Assembly (NCBI RefSeq): GCF_023055435.1
Contig: NW_025964383.1
Span: 13,888,001-13,952,000, forward strand
Source of the DNA: Haliotis rufescens
Taxonomy: Eukaryota
DNA: 64,000 bases
Reading direction: 5' to 3'
Positions 40,201 to 52,636 of this stretch are shown here, in pieces. The notes beneath the pieces were generated by a model. The model was not told where the DNA came from. It saw nothing but the letters and a program-made list of their open reading frames with translations, and did no database searches. Both the position numbers and the translations under genes were made by a program. Position 1 is the first letter of the stretch. Every line of letters begins with the position of its first letter.

Positions 40201-42300
40201 TACCAACAGGACAACACAACCTTCCTTCACTACCCACACGACAACACAACCTCCCGTCACTACCAACAGGACAACACAACCTCACGTCACTGCCCACAGG
40301 ACAACACAACCTCCCGTCACTACCCACAGGAGAACAAAACCTCCCGTCACAACCCACAGGACAACACAACCTCCCGTCGCTACCCACAGAACAACACGAC
40401 CTCCCGACCCTGCCCACATGGCAACACAACCTCCCGTCACAACCCACAGGGCAACACAACCTCCCGTCACTACCCACGGGACAACACAACCTCCCGTCAC
40501 TACCCACGGGACAACACAACCTCCCGTCACTACCCACCAGACAACACAACCTCCCGTCACAACCCACAAGACAACACAACCTCCCGTCACTACCCACAGG
40601 ACGACACAACCTCCCGTCACTACCCACAGGACAACACAACCTTCCTTCACTACCCACACGACAACACAACCTCCCGTCACTACCCACAGGACAACACAAC
40701 ATTACGTCACTGCCCACAGGACAACACAACCTCCCGTCACTACCCACAGGACAACAAAACCTCCCGTCACAACCCACAGGACAACATAACCTCCCGTCGC
40801 TACCCACAGAACAACACGACCTCCCGTCACTGCCAACATGGCAACACAACCTCCCGTCACTACCCACAGGGCAACACAACACCCCGGCAATGCCCACAGG
40901 GCAACACAACCTCCCGTCACTACCCACCAGACAACACAACCTCCCGTCACTACCCACAGGACAACACAACATTACGTCACTGCCCACAGGACAACACAAC
41001 CTCCCGTCACTACCCACAGGACAACACAACCTTCCTTCACTACCAACACGACAACACAACCTCCCGTCACTACCCATAGGGCAACACAACCTCCCGTCAC
41101 TACCCACGGGACAACACAACCTCCCGTCACTACCCACGGGACAACACAACCTCCCGTCACTACCCACCAGACAACACAACCTCCCGTCACAACCCACAAG
41201 ACAACACAACCTCCCGTCACTACCCACAGGACGACACAACCTCCCGTCACTACCCACAGGACAACACAACCTTCCTTCACTACCCACACGACAACACAAC
41301 CTCCCGTCACTACCCACAGGACAACACAACATTACGTCACTGCCCACAGGACAACACAACCTCCCGTCACTACCCACAGGACAACAAAACCTCCCGTCAC
41401 AACCCACAGGACAACATAACCTCCCGTCGCTACCCACAGAACAACACGACCTCCCGTCACTGCCCACATGGCAACACAACCTCCCGTCACTACCCACAGG
41501 GCAACACAACACCCCGGCAATGCCCACAGGGCAACACAACCTCCCGTCACTACCCACCAGACAACACAACCTCCCGTCACTACCCACAGGACAACACAAC
41601 ATTACGTCACTGCCCACAGGACAACACAACCTCCCGTCACTACCCACAGGACAACACAACCTTCCTTCACTACCAACACGACAACACAACCTCCCGTCAC
41701 TACCCATAGGGCAACACAACCTCCCGTCACTACCCACGGGACAACACAACATCCCGTCACTACCCACGGGACAACACAACCTACCGTCACAACCCACAAG
41801 ACAACACAACCTCCCGTCACTACCCACCAGACAACACAACCTTCCCTCACTACCCACAGGACAACACAACATTACGTCACTGCCCACAGGACAACACAAC
41901 CTCCCGTCACTACCCACAGGACAACACAACCTTCCTTCACTACCCACACGACAACACAACCTCCCGTCACTACCCACAGCGCAACACAACATCGCGGCAC
42001 TGCCCACAGGGCAACACAACCTCCCGTCACTACCCACCAGACAACATAACATCACGGCACTGCCCAGAGGACAACATAACCTCTCGTCACTACCCACAGG
42101 ACAACACAACCTCCCGTCACCACCCACAGGACAACACAACCACCCGTCACTACCCACAGGACAACACAACCTCACGTCACCACCCCCAGGACAACACAAC
42201 CTCCCGTCACTACCCACAGGACAACACAACCACCCGTCACTACCCACAGGACAACACAACCTCCCGTCACCACCCACAGGACAACACAACCTCCCGTCAC
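37284..42300. repeat. 30-bp minisatellite, ~167 units, with higher-order structure
   Basis: Consensus tacccacaggacaacacaacctcccgtcac; rare variants recur at 630-bp spacing (40601/41231, 40881/41511). Confidence 0.97.
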
Positions 42301-42751
42301 GTTACTTCCTATTCACATGCCACATTATCATGGGTCTACCCAAATACCCGTCACGACTCACAGGGGTGGCTACCCAGTCATCTGTCACTTCCCACGGGCC
42401 TACCCGTGATGTAAAGTTTTATTTAGTCGTGAGATAATATTACTATGAACCATTATTAAAATAGGTTTGGAAAAAAACATAATTAACCAATCAGGAAGTA
42501 ACCACACGGCCCCAGTCTATTTCTGTTCGCGACAGTGTTGCAAGCCGCGTGTTGGTCACGCAGCATGATTGTCACCAGGCACCAGGAAGTACACTTAGTA
42601 GAAAACAATCACTATAATCATTATAATGAAAGTCCAAAGATTTCAAGAGAGAATATATTATATCCGTGTATGTCCTTGTTCTATTTGTTGTGCATATCAT
42701 TGACAGACATTTTGGCAAGTTGTGCTTATTATTTCTAGCTTGATATCCTTC

Positions 42752-43039
42752 GGGGGGCACGGGTGGCCCTGTCGTCTAAGGCGCCGCGATTCGCTGTGCA
42801 GAGTTGCGTCCCTTGGACACCCCAGAAACCTTTGATTGTGGGTTCGAATCCCGGTTCGCCCCAATTATGTTTCTAGGTTTGTCAGCATCTTACCCGTGCT
42901 CGTGGGTTTCACCGAAGTGGTAAACGTCTGAGACCAGCATCACTTCGGGCTTTCCTCCCACATTAAGCTGACACGCTGCGATATAACTGGAATATTGTTA
43001 AAAGCGGCGTTAAACCCAACTCACTCACTCCCTCACTCA
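42752..43039 (+). mobile_element. SINE family E (tRNA-Leu-like head, V-domain-like body, ~285 bp, (ACTC)n tail)
   Basis: gtggccc.gtcgtctaaggcgcc (A box), gggttcgaatccc (B box), tgggtttcaccg..cgggctttcctcccaca, 13-bp TSD cttgatatccttc. Other copies: ~13215-13437(+), 15960-16125(-), 26586-26690(+), 35920-36115(-), 36873-37140(+), 46485-46670(-), 55331-55770(+, split), 57201-57479(+), 60182-60460(+), 62895-63174(-), 63335-63596(-). Confidence 0.88.
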
Positions 43040-44910
43040 CTTGATATCCTTCAGCGTGTTAGCATTCAGAGAAACAGATCTGTGACTGAGCTGGTGAGTT
43101 TTTACAATGGTGCAGCCATATCAGGAAAGGGGAACCCCAGGAACAGGCCTCACACGTTGTACCGTTTAGGGTAGACCCCGGAACTCCGGTAAAGTGACTA
43201 AACGCTACAGCCAACAGCAATGTATTATAGGCAACAATAGAAGACTTCGTACGGAAAATAATGACATTAAACGATCCGTTAAGAATGCAATAGTTGATAA
43301 TACACTTTTGTAAGGATGCTTTTGTTCATGGATCAATCCGACGCACTGAATTCAGGTCAAGGTGGTCCCGTGAAGATCTGGGGTAGAATAGACCTTCAGC
43401 AGCCATGCTTACCCTAAAAGACGACTATGCCTGTCGTAAGAGGCGACTAACGGGATCGGGTGGTCAGGCTCGCTGACTTGGTTTAATGCATGTCATCGTC
43501 TCCCAATTGGATAGATCTATGCTCACGATAACAATCACTGAATTCTCTGGTCCAGGCTTGATTATTTACAGCCCGCCATCTATATATATTTTTTGTCGTT
43601 TTTAGACTAATGAAAAATGCTAAATGGTGATATACCACTTTCTGTAGTGTGAAAGGCGAGTACTGGTACAGTTTTGCAGTATGGGCGGAGGTTGAAATAG
43701 AAGCGTTAAGTCCCAACACACAAAAGCGTCAAACTTGTGTTCGCTATTATTATTGGACTATGTGAAATGTTTTGACTGATGGCCGCTGATGATCGACTCA
43801 TGACATATAAATAAGCCTGTATAGCTGTGAAAATGAAACTATCGTTTCTCTGCCCACGTCTCGAGCGAAACCCTATGTTTACAGTCAGGACAAAGTGAGG
43901 TTATAGGAGAAGGAAAGTCATAAGTCCCAATACTATATATACCATTCTTACAGCCTAGGTATTGGTAAACAGATTTTTAAAAGTCACGCTTTCGGTTTCT
44001 TTCTAAGACTACCTAATATCTTTCATATCGTTTTTCTTTAAATAAATTGTGTCAGGGTGGATTCAATTTTTTTTGTGAAATTGCGGTGACAGTTCGATGG
44101 CGACTTTCCCGTTTGGCTAACGACATATTTATGACAGTTTACAAATGTACAAGGCACTTTATATGTAACAATACAGAAGTTTGTTTTAACTTTGATTTTA
44201 ATGTAATGAGGTTGAACGAGTGAGACCAAAAATACCAATATTCCATGTTAGCATAAGCTTAGTCAGAATCGTACAATGGATTCTGTGATTTGGTTTTGGT
44301 TTGTTGTTTAACGCCGCACTCAGCAATATTACAGGTATAAGACGGCGGTCTGGACCAGACAATCAGGTGATTGACATCTTGAGCATCGATCCACGCAATT
44401 GGGATTTGATGACATGCATCAAGCAAGTCAGCCAGTCTGACCTACCGATCATTAGTCGCCTCTTACAACAAGCATAGTCGCATTTTACGGCCAGCATGGG
44501 TTGCTGAGGACCTATTCTACCCCGGATCTTCACGGGTCTCTGTGATTATGAAAATGGTAATGTCGCTTTTATCAACGCTTATGTACATGTAAAATAATAC
44601 TATGACTATACACACACAATGACTGTACAGGATTTAAATGGGATTCCGATTTATAACAAATGCGTCTTAAATTTTAAAAGATAGTAATTGATATCGTTGG
44701 AAAGATACGGGCAACCATTTTGATATATCTCTCTCCAGTTATGAATATAAATATTGGGCTGTAAAGTTTGTTTGTTGTTTAACGCCACACTCTGGTCAGG
44801 AGGTGGTAAGTGGAAGGCATGAGAGACGATGTCCGGTGATAAGGAGACTGTCTAACACTCATCCGGGTGTCCTGAATTTAAATCCTCCACACGAGTGGCT
44901 TGCGATTTCA

Positions 44911-45344
44911 GGGAATTTCCGACGCTGAGTGCGAGAAAATACACGAAAACCTCCGTCGAGGAACGCAGCAACTTGTACGACTCGTGGCCATTCAGAAAGA
45001 GAAACTAGGTCACACAGGGAATTTCAGACGCGGAGTGAGTACTACTCTGTCTTACAGACCCTGATACAAATATATCAACTACAGCCCATGCAAGTCTATA
45101 ATGTTTGGCAAGTCTAGATTACTGCAGTATCAGGAAAATGAAGAGAATCACTGGGCTCCCTTTTTATTATATTTTTATTAAGATAACTGAGCAACTGTTT
45201 TTTCTGTACGATATGTTCATTTCAGAGACTAGATGTTAGTCTAAGAGAGTACAAAAAGCAAGGAAACCTCCGCCGAGGGACGCAGCAACTCGCACGGCTC
45301 GTGGCTATTCAGAAAGAGAAACTAGGTCACACAGGGAATTTCCC
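44911..45344 (+). promoter_or_regulatory. Candidate immune enhancer upstream of TNF copy 4: three kB sites, two ISRE/RORE composites
   Basis: GGGAATTTCC 44911-44920 and 45334-45343; GGGAATTTCA 45017-45026; GAAAGAGAAACTAGGTCA at 44995 and 45312, within an ~80-bp duplicated module. Confidence 0.65.
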
Positions 45345-45600
45345 ATAGAAACTGTGACTTCAGGGAACCCACGATAAGTCATAGGATAGCCCCACATGTT
45401 CTCAGAGCAAGGCTTGATATCTGCAACCATGTTTCGAACGGGTTTAGTATATGTGTGACAGCGGAAGGCTAGACATTATCAGCTGTGACGGATTCGACCT
45501 AGATAGATATACTAGTGTTTATTACAACTGTGAAACAATTTTATGGAGACAGGCATCATCGTACACATCGATTTAACTCGGGCCGCGGATTTCTTCTTCC

Positions 45601-46296
45601 ATGATGGCAGAACCTGACTCCACCTTCATATCCACTGACACAGCAACGTCACCGCCTCCACCTTCCCAACAACGACGACGTCGTACCAATGTGTTGTTCT
45701 ATGCCGTTGTCGCCATTTCTCTGACTGCCAATGTTATCCTCGTTGTGGTAGTGACTTTCCACATGTTAATAAAACAACGTGGACATCACCACAAAAGTGA
45801 GGGTTTATCCTCCATGTCGAATCACCAGCTTGGGTTTGCTGATCCACTATGTCTCACCTGTGATCAATTGGGTCCGCTGGTCGAATCCCAGGATACGATC
45901 TATGACGTCATACGATTGCCGTTGGGACATACGCTGTGTTGTCAGAAACAGAGGAATGACGTCACAAAGTTATTCCATAAGGTAATTAGACGCTAGCATT
46001 ATACACATGACATTCTATTTTACTTATTTACCATTTTATGTTGATGAAAATATTATCATGATCAGTTGCGATACCCATATATATCAAGAGAGTGACAGAT
46101 TTTTTAATGTGTTAAATTGGGACAGGATACGCTCATATTTTCGCGAACACACGGTATCCTCAGTATCCATTCATTAACACATGCTTATTATTATACTACT
46201 CAGAATCGTACTATGGGCCCCGCTCTAAGGAGGGATTTCTTATGATTATGGTGAGGTAAAACGTCGCGTCAAAGGTTATTGCACTTATACGGCGAC

Positions 46297-46371
<75 letters not shown>

Positions 46372-46832
46372 TTTTACTAGTCCGGACTGATGCAAACTGT
46401 GGATAATATTATTCGTGATAACGGTGCTTGTATGAGTGGACAAAATAACAGAAGTGGTGGTGGTAGCAGTGGCAGTAGAAGTATTGAGTGAGTGAGTTGG
46501 TTAAATATCGGTTTTAACTGTATTCCAGTTATATCACGGCGTGTCAGCTTAGATGTAGAAGGGAAAGCCTGAAGTGATGCGGGTCTCAGATATTTACAAC
46601 TTTGGTGAAACCCGCGAGCACGGGTATAGTGCCTACAAACCTAGAAACATAAGCGGGGCGAACAGGGACTCTAACACTCGNNNNNNNNNNNNNNNNNNNN
46701 NNNNNNNNNNNNNNNNNNNNNNNNNNNNNNNNNNNNNNNNNNNNNNNNNNNNNNNNNNNNNNNNNNNNNNNNNNNNNNNNNNNNNNNNNNNNNNNNNNNN
46801 NNNNNNNNNNNNNNNNNGAAGTAGTAGTTGTA

Positions 46833-46899
<67 letters not shown>

Positions 46900-46964
46900 A
46901 AATAGTAGTAGTTGTAGTATTAGTAGTAGTAGTAGTTGTAGTAGAAGTAGTAGAAGTATTAGTG

Positions 46965-46996
<32 letters not shown>

Positions 46997-47105
46997 TGTA
47001 GTAGTAGTAGTAGTAGTAGTAGTAGAAATAGTAGTAGTAGTAGTAGTAGTAGTAGAAATAGTAGTAGTTGTAGTATTAGTATTAGTAGTAGTTGTAGTAG
47101 AAGTA

Positions 47106-47166
<61 letters not shown>

Positions 47167-49250
47167 AGGAATGTTGTGGAATTTGTATTCGTTTTGCCAG
47201 ACGTGTCGTTTGTGACGTGGAGCATTGCGGGTTTTCTCAACACTTGTCAGTACTTATAGAATTACATCCGTGCTGCTGCGATCGATTACTATATCGTGGA
47301 GGGTTGTGTGTCAGGCTAGGTGGCCTGGTTGATTGCGTGTCATCGTACCCCGACGACGTGGATAGTTGCTCACACTACCAATCACTGGCTTGTATTACAC
47401 ACACCGCCGTCATATAGGTGAAATATTGCTGAGTGCGGCGTTAAGCAACAAACAAACAAATAGTGTTCGCGGTCGGGTAGCGCTTTCATTTAAGGAACCG
47501 CAATTTTATCATTAACTGAGATGCGTCTCTTCCTATGGCAGGATTTGATCGCGGGTTCGAATCCAGATAGTGACCCTTAACAAGGTCGAACATCATAACT
47601 GTTTCCGACTTGAGGCGTTGTGTGGATTTCTCATATTCAGCTGACGCTCTGTGATATCACTTCCCGTGGCCTTTCTGTCAGTATAGACAACAGGCTAGAA
47701 CGCCAGCTTCTCTTTGAATGGTACAAATTGTAGGAGCTTTGAAAACACACAGTCATTTGATTTCTTCACGTGTCTCATTCTTGTTTCAGATAATAGGTGA
47801 TGAATACTACAGACGGTCTACAGGTACGCCAATGATTTATTTATTTATTATTCATGATATTCAGTTAAGATCCTTCATGTTGTATGTAACCTAAACCCAC
47901 GGTGTTTCCATAATCAGTTCTTCTTCCAAATTCAGCTACAACGTATTTGCACCAAATCAAATTACCTTCTTTGATAATGTAAACACACACAGCAATGCAT
48001 TTTCCTTCTGATTTAATTATTTGACCTGACCGTGGTCAAGTGGGAGAGCGTCTGCTCGGAGAACTTTTTACGAAAAGACGTTAAAAGATGGTACTTGTTG
48101 TTACCCTGTCTGGCGTTCGACATTAAGGGGCTAAAACAAGGACTGGTCGGCTCGGAATCAGTATACTGTGGGGTATTCATGTTAAACCGCGGCAAGGTAT
48201 CTCAGTGTGCTAGCACTATAAATCGGCATCAGTCCGGACTACAGTGTAGTACAAGTAGCCACACACACGCACGCACGCACGCACGCACGCTCGCACGCAC
48301 GTCGCTCTATAGTTGCAATAATCTTGGACGCGACGTTAAACCCCATTTCATCTCACCATTATTTAACCTACTCGTGTTAATCTCTCTCTTGTATGCAATT
48401 GTTGTTACTGTTAATCCCCCACCTTCTATATATATCCTGTATCATGTTAAGTAATTAGCCTTGCTCGACAACGGTATAATGATCTGTACCGACACGTCGC
48501 CTCTACAGTAAGGAAATAACCATAAATTGTATCTAATTTCCCACTTCAGGTAGGGAGCCAGTTGGCCTCACCAGGGGGATGAATGAGCAGATATGGAGTC
48601 GTCCCAGGGAGTCGACGTGGGCTCATCGGTACATGGTGCCACACACAGGTAATGTACGACATTAAGAGTGTAGATAATGTTTTACGCCGCAGATAACAAA
48701 TTCCGTCGTTCATCCCAGTGGTTAATATTTTTTTCTATGTGATAATTTCAAATTCTCACAGTCACATATGCCCTTAAATATAACAAACAGTTCTTGTAAT
48801 GATGCATCAGTATATAATTTTTGCTTTGTTATTAATTCATAACGTGTTATGTGTACAGATTCGCCGCCAGCATGGACAACGAGCGATCCCTACAACACGT
48901 CATTCTGTTCAAACGTCGAATGTAACGGAACAGACATTGTTGTCTCAGCAGGGGGTCTCTACCTCGTGTACTCACACATCACATTCATCACGTCACCAGC
49001 TCCTTCAGACACCCCCTTCCTGCACATGATACAGCGACAGAACCCCAATCTCCCTGGTCTGGGTGTGAAACCAATACTCTTATCTAAAACGTCATTCAGA
49101 TGGACAGTAGCTCCGCAGCAAACGTCCTTTCTGTCCGCCATTGTGAAGCTCCGCAGACAAGATCGCCTCCATGTGAAAATGTCGGAAAATTATTATGATT
49201 TAGTTGAAAAAAGGATGCTTTCAAATTTTTTTGGTGTTATGAAAGTGTAA
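45601..49250 (+). CDS. TNF-superfamily ligand, copy 4 (4 exons incl. 34-nt micro-exon, ~301 aa)
   Basis: Exons 45601-45981, 47790-47823 (IIGDEYYRRST), 48550-48648 (..WAHRYM), 48859-49250 (GGLYLVYSHITF, TSFLSAIVKLRRQDRLHV, NFFGVMKV). 906 nt, phases 0/1/1 fit. Confidence 0.88.
46818..47166. repeat. (AGT)n microsatellite
   Basis: Imperfect trinucleotide run after an N-gap, in TNF copy 4 intron 1. Confidence 0.95.
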
Positions 49251-50576
49251 TTAGGATTTTATTTTTTTTAAATTTTATACTGGTGGCATAATGCCGGCTC
49301 AGGAGAACGGTATTACAATCCTGGTGATGTAAACGAGACATTTGCCAAACAATAAGCAAAATCCAGTCACGTTCAGGAATATATCAAGGTAACCTGACCT
49401 GAACTGTCCAATGAATTGGTTTCTAGTCAACGTAGCATGATTTGCTACTGATGATAGAGATATACCGGTATATACCGGTGTTACGAATGCATTATTACAC
49501 CGAAGCATCGTTGAGTCGAACGTAGTTATCGCGATATCCTTAAGGCGTTGTTGCATAAGGTCCTAGTAAAATCCTTATCGACACTGGTCTTATATCACAC
49601 TCCTTTTAAATCGAAGTACGGATAACTCGAAATATAACCGATTCCCCTGGGAATTCGTTTTAACGAGGTTTAATTGTCAATGTACGTGCATGTTGAATAA
49701 TGTAAATGTGTTCATGATGAAAACAAGTTTTGTTATGTGATGTAAAATAAACTTACATTTTTTAGTTATATGTCTTTCATTACAAGAACAGTGGTCACCA
49801 AATAGTATGTGAATTGTATGTGAATACGATGGGTCAGTGAGTGAGTGAGTGAGTTTAGCAATACTCCAGCAATATCACGGCGGTGGACACCAGAAATGGG
49901 CTTCACACATTGTGCCTGTGTCGGGAATCGAACCCGGGTCTTCAGCAGAACGAACAATTTTTTTTTGTAGGCTGCCCACCGCCCCGAGTCAGTTTGTGAG
50001 TGAGTGAGTGAGTGTTTACGCCGCACCTTGTTTGTTTCTCTATTTGTTGCTGTCTGGACAATCCAGTGATTGAAATCCTGAGCATCGATCCACGCAATTG
50101 GGATACTATGACATGCATCAACCAAGTCAGCGAGCCTGACCACCCGATCCCGTTAGTCGCCTCTTACGACAAGCACAGTCGCCTTTTACGGCAAGCATGG
50201 GTTGTTAAAGACCTATTCTATCCCGGATCTTCACGGGTCTCTCGGTGGTGAATGTTATGGACAGTGATATCGGAAATAAAAAAGAGTGAATGGGGGAGTT
50301 TGGTTAAACGTCGATTTGAGTTTCTAGTTATATCACAGCGTGCCAGGGTAATGTGGGAGGAAAGTCCAAGTGGAACAGGTCTCAGACGTTCACCACAATA
50401 ATATGGCAATTATATGGGTATGGTGTTGACAGGCATGAATCAAAATCACAATCTGAGATTCGAACCCGAAAGCAGCACCCTAGGCGACTAGGCAATCGCC
50501 CAAAATACACAACAGCAACATGAAATCATTACTAAGTCATCAAAGTAAGTATTTCTGACCTATAACTATTCCACTA

Positions 50577-50751
50577 CAGTAAACTACGGTTATAACAAAC
50601 GCAAAGGCACCATCCATTTTAGTTCGTAATAACCGTAGTTCGTTATAAGCATATACACAGCATAAATGCAACACATGGCCGGGGCTAACAAGTAAGTTCG
50701 TTATATCGGTCAGTTCGTTATACGCGTGTTCGTTATAACCGTAGTTTACTG
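50577..50751. mobile_element. Tc1/mariner-pogo-type MITE (~175 bp)
   Basis: TIR cagtaaactacgg..ccgtagtttactg flanked by TA on both sides; internal ataacgaac subrepeats. Confidence 0.85.
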
Positions 50752-51340
50752 TATGTGCATAGTGATTGAGAGAGTGAGTTTGGTTTAACGTGGCTTTGAA
50801 TTGTATCACAAAGCGGCGTTAAAACAAACCCACCCACTCACTCAATGTGGCAGCTTAATGTGGGAGGCAAGTCTAAGATCAAAAGTGAAGTAAATCTTAG
50901 ACATCCACCACTTCCGTGAAACCCACGGGGATGGGCATGGCACTCACAAACCGAGAAATATAAAAAGTAGGCCGAACCGTGATTTTGAACCCAAGATTAT
51001 AGAATTCGGGCACCTGTAAGGGACGCAACTCTGCACATCGAATTACGGCGTCATCGACAGGTATAAAACAAGTGATAAGGGGAACAACCTATGCATGTGT
51101 TCCCCGAGAACTGACCGACTTCAGCCTCATCACCCAGCAGCTACACAGAGGTACGTTACGTGTGACCTGACAGTCAAGGCTAGATTCCTCGGGAATTAGG
51201 ACTGATGTTTTTAGCCCTACGGGCGTACTCAACGCCATTCAGAACGTACAAATACGTGTATAAGGTGCGTTAAGTATCTTAGGAAAAAGGAAAGTATATT
51301 CTTGAAAATGCACACTTCGCTCTGGTCATTACTGTGTACG

Positions 51341-51611
51341 GCCTGTGAAGATCCGGGGTAGAATAGGTCTTCAGTAACCCATGCTTGCCGTAAAAGGCGA
51401 CTGTGCTTGTCGTAGGAGGCGACTAACGGGATCGGGTAGTCAGGCTCGCTGACTTGGTTGATGCACGTCATGGATCCCAATTACGTGGATCGATGCTCCT
51501 GATGTCAATCACTGGATTGTCTTGTCCAGACTCGACCATTTACAGACCGCCGTCATATACAGAAGTAGCTGGAATATTGCTGAGTGCGGCGTTAAACAAC
51601 AAACAAACAAA
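51341..51611 (+). mobile_element. Family B copy
   Basis: Consensus match, 13-bp TSD cattactgtgtac. Confidence 0.88.
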
Positions 51612-52175
51612 CATTACTGTGTACTGTGGAACTGCGACCCCATGTTCCTTGAGACGTCATGTGCACGTGACCTGTTGTAAGATCCTCATTGATAGGACTT
51701 TCCTCCCACATTAAGCTGACACGCCGTGATGTAACTGGAATACTGTTAAAAGCGGCGTTAAACCCAACTCACTCACTCACTCACTCTTTGATATGATGCA
51801 TATAAGATCGTCTATGCTACCCGTATCAAATACATCACCATCGAATAACCATTCTTGTTTGTTTCCTCTTCAGCCACCATTAAACAGGGGGTGTACTTTC
51901 TTTTGCCCGACAGTTTACGTTGAATTGTGACACACACTGCGCGTATATCAACATTAAATAGAATTGGAGAATCAGCTCGCTCAGTCAGAGGTTCCACTCT
52001 ACACTACCAACCCACACAACAACACAAGGCCTGAGTNNNNNNNNNNNNNNNNNNNNNNNNNNNNNNNNNNNNNNNNNNNNNNNNNNNNNNNNNNNNNNNN
52101 NNNNNNNNNNNNNNNNNNNNNNNNNNNNNNNNNNNNNNNNNNNNNNNNNNNNNNNNNNNNNNNNNNNNNNNNNNN

Positions 52176-52636
52176 TACGTAGGAAGGAAGGAAGGAAGGA
52201 AGGAAGGTAGGTGTGTAGGTAGGTAGGTAGGTGTGTAGCTGGATGGGTAAGNNNNNNNNNNNNNNNNNNNNNNNNNNNNNNNNNNNNNNNNNNNNNNNNN
52301 NNNNNNNNNNNNNNNNNNNNNNNNNNNNNNNNNNNNNNNNNNNNNNNNNNNNNNNNNNNNNNNNNNNNNNNNNNNNNNNNNNNNNNGTGGGTAGGTGAGT
52401 AGGTGGGTGGGTAGGTGGGTAGGTGGATAGGTGGGTGGGTAGGNNNNNNNNNNNNNNNNNNNNNNNNNNNNNNNNNNNNNNNNNNNNNNNNNNNNNNNNN
52501 NNNNNNNNNNNNNNNNNNNNNNNNNNNNNNNNNNNNNNNNNNNNNNNNNNNNNNNNNNNNNNNNNNNNNNNNNNNNNNNNNNNNNNNNNNNNNNNNNNNN
52601 NGGAGGGCGGGTGGGTGGGTGGGTGGGTGGGTTGGT
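52176..52636. repeat. (GGAA)/(GGTA)/(GGGT)n tetranucleotide region broken by gaps
   Basis: Visible runs between three N blocks. Confidence 0.85.

Noticed and set aside
37493-42289. 1598-aa Cys-rich ORF (metallothionein- or keratin-associated-like) and overlapping mucin-like ORFs
   Set aside because: These are translations of a 30-bp tandem repeat that is open in most frames. There is an in-frame stop immediately upstream, and no ATG, signal peptide or credible splice entry.
22746-42300. CRISPR-like periodic arrays
   Set aside because: The units are contiguous with no unique spacers, there are no cas genes, and the context is eukaryotic.
46574-47417. Poly-Ser and poly-Val ORFs
   Set aside because: An (AGT)n microsatellite plus an N-gap inside a TNF intron.
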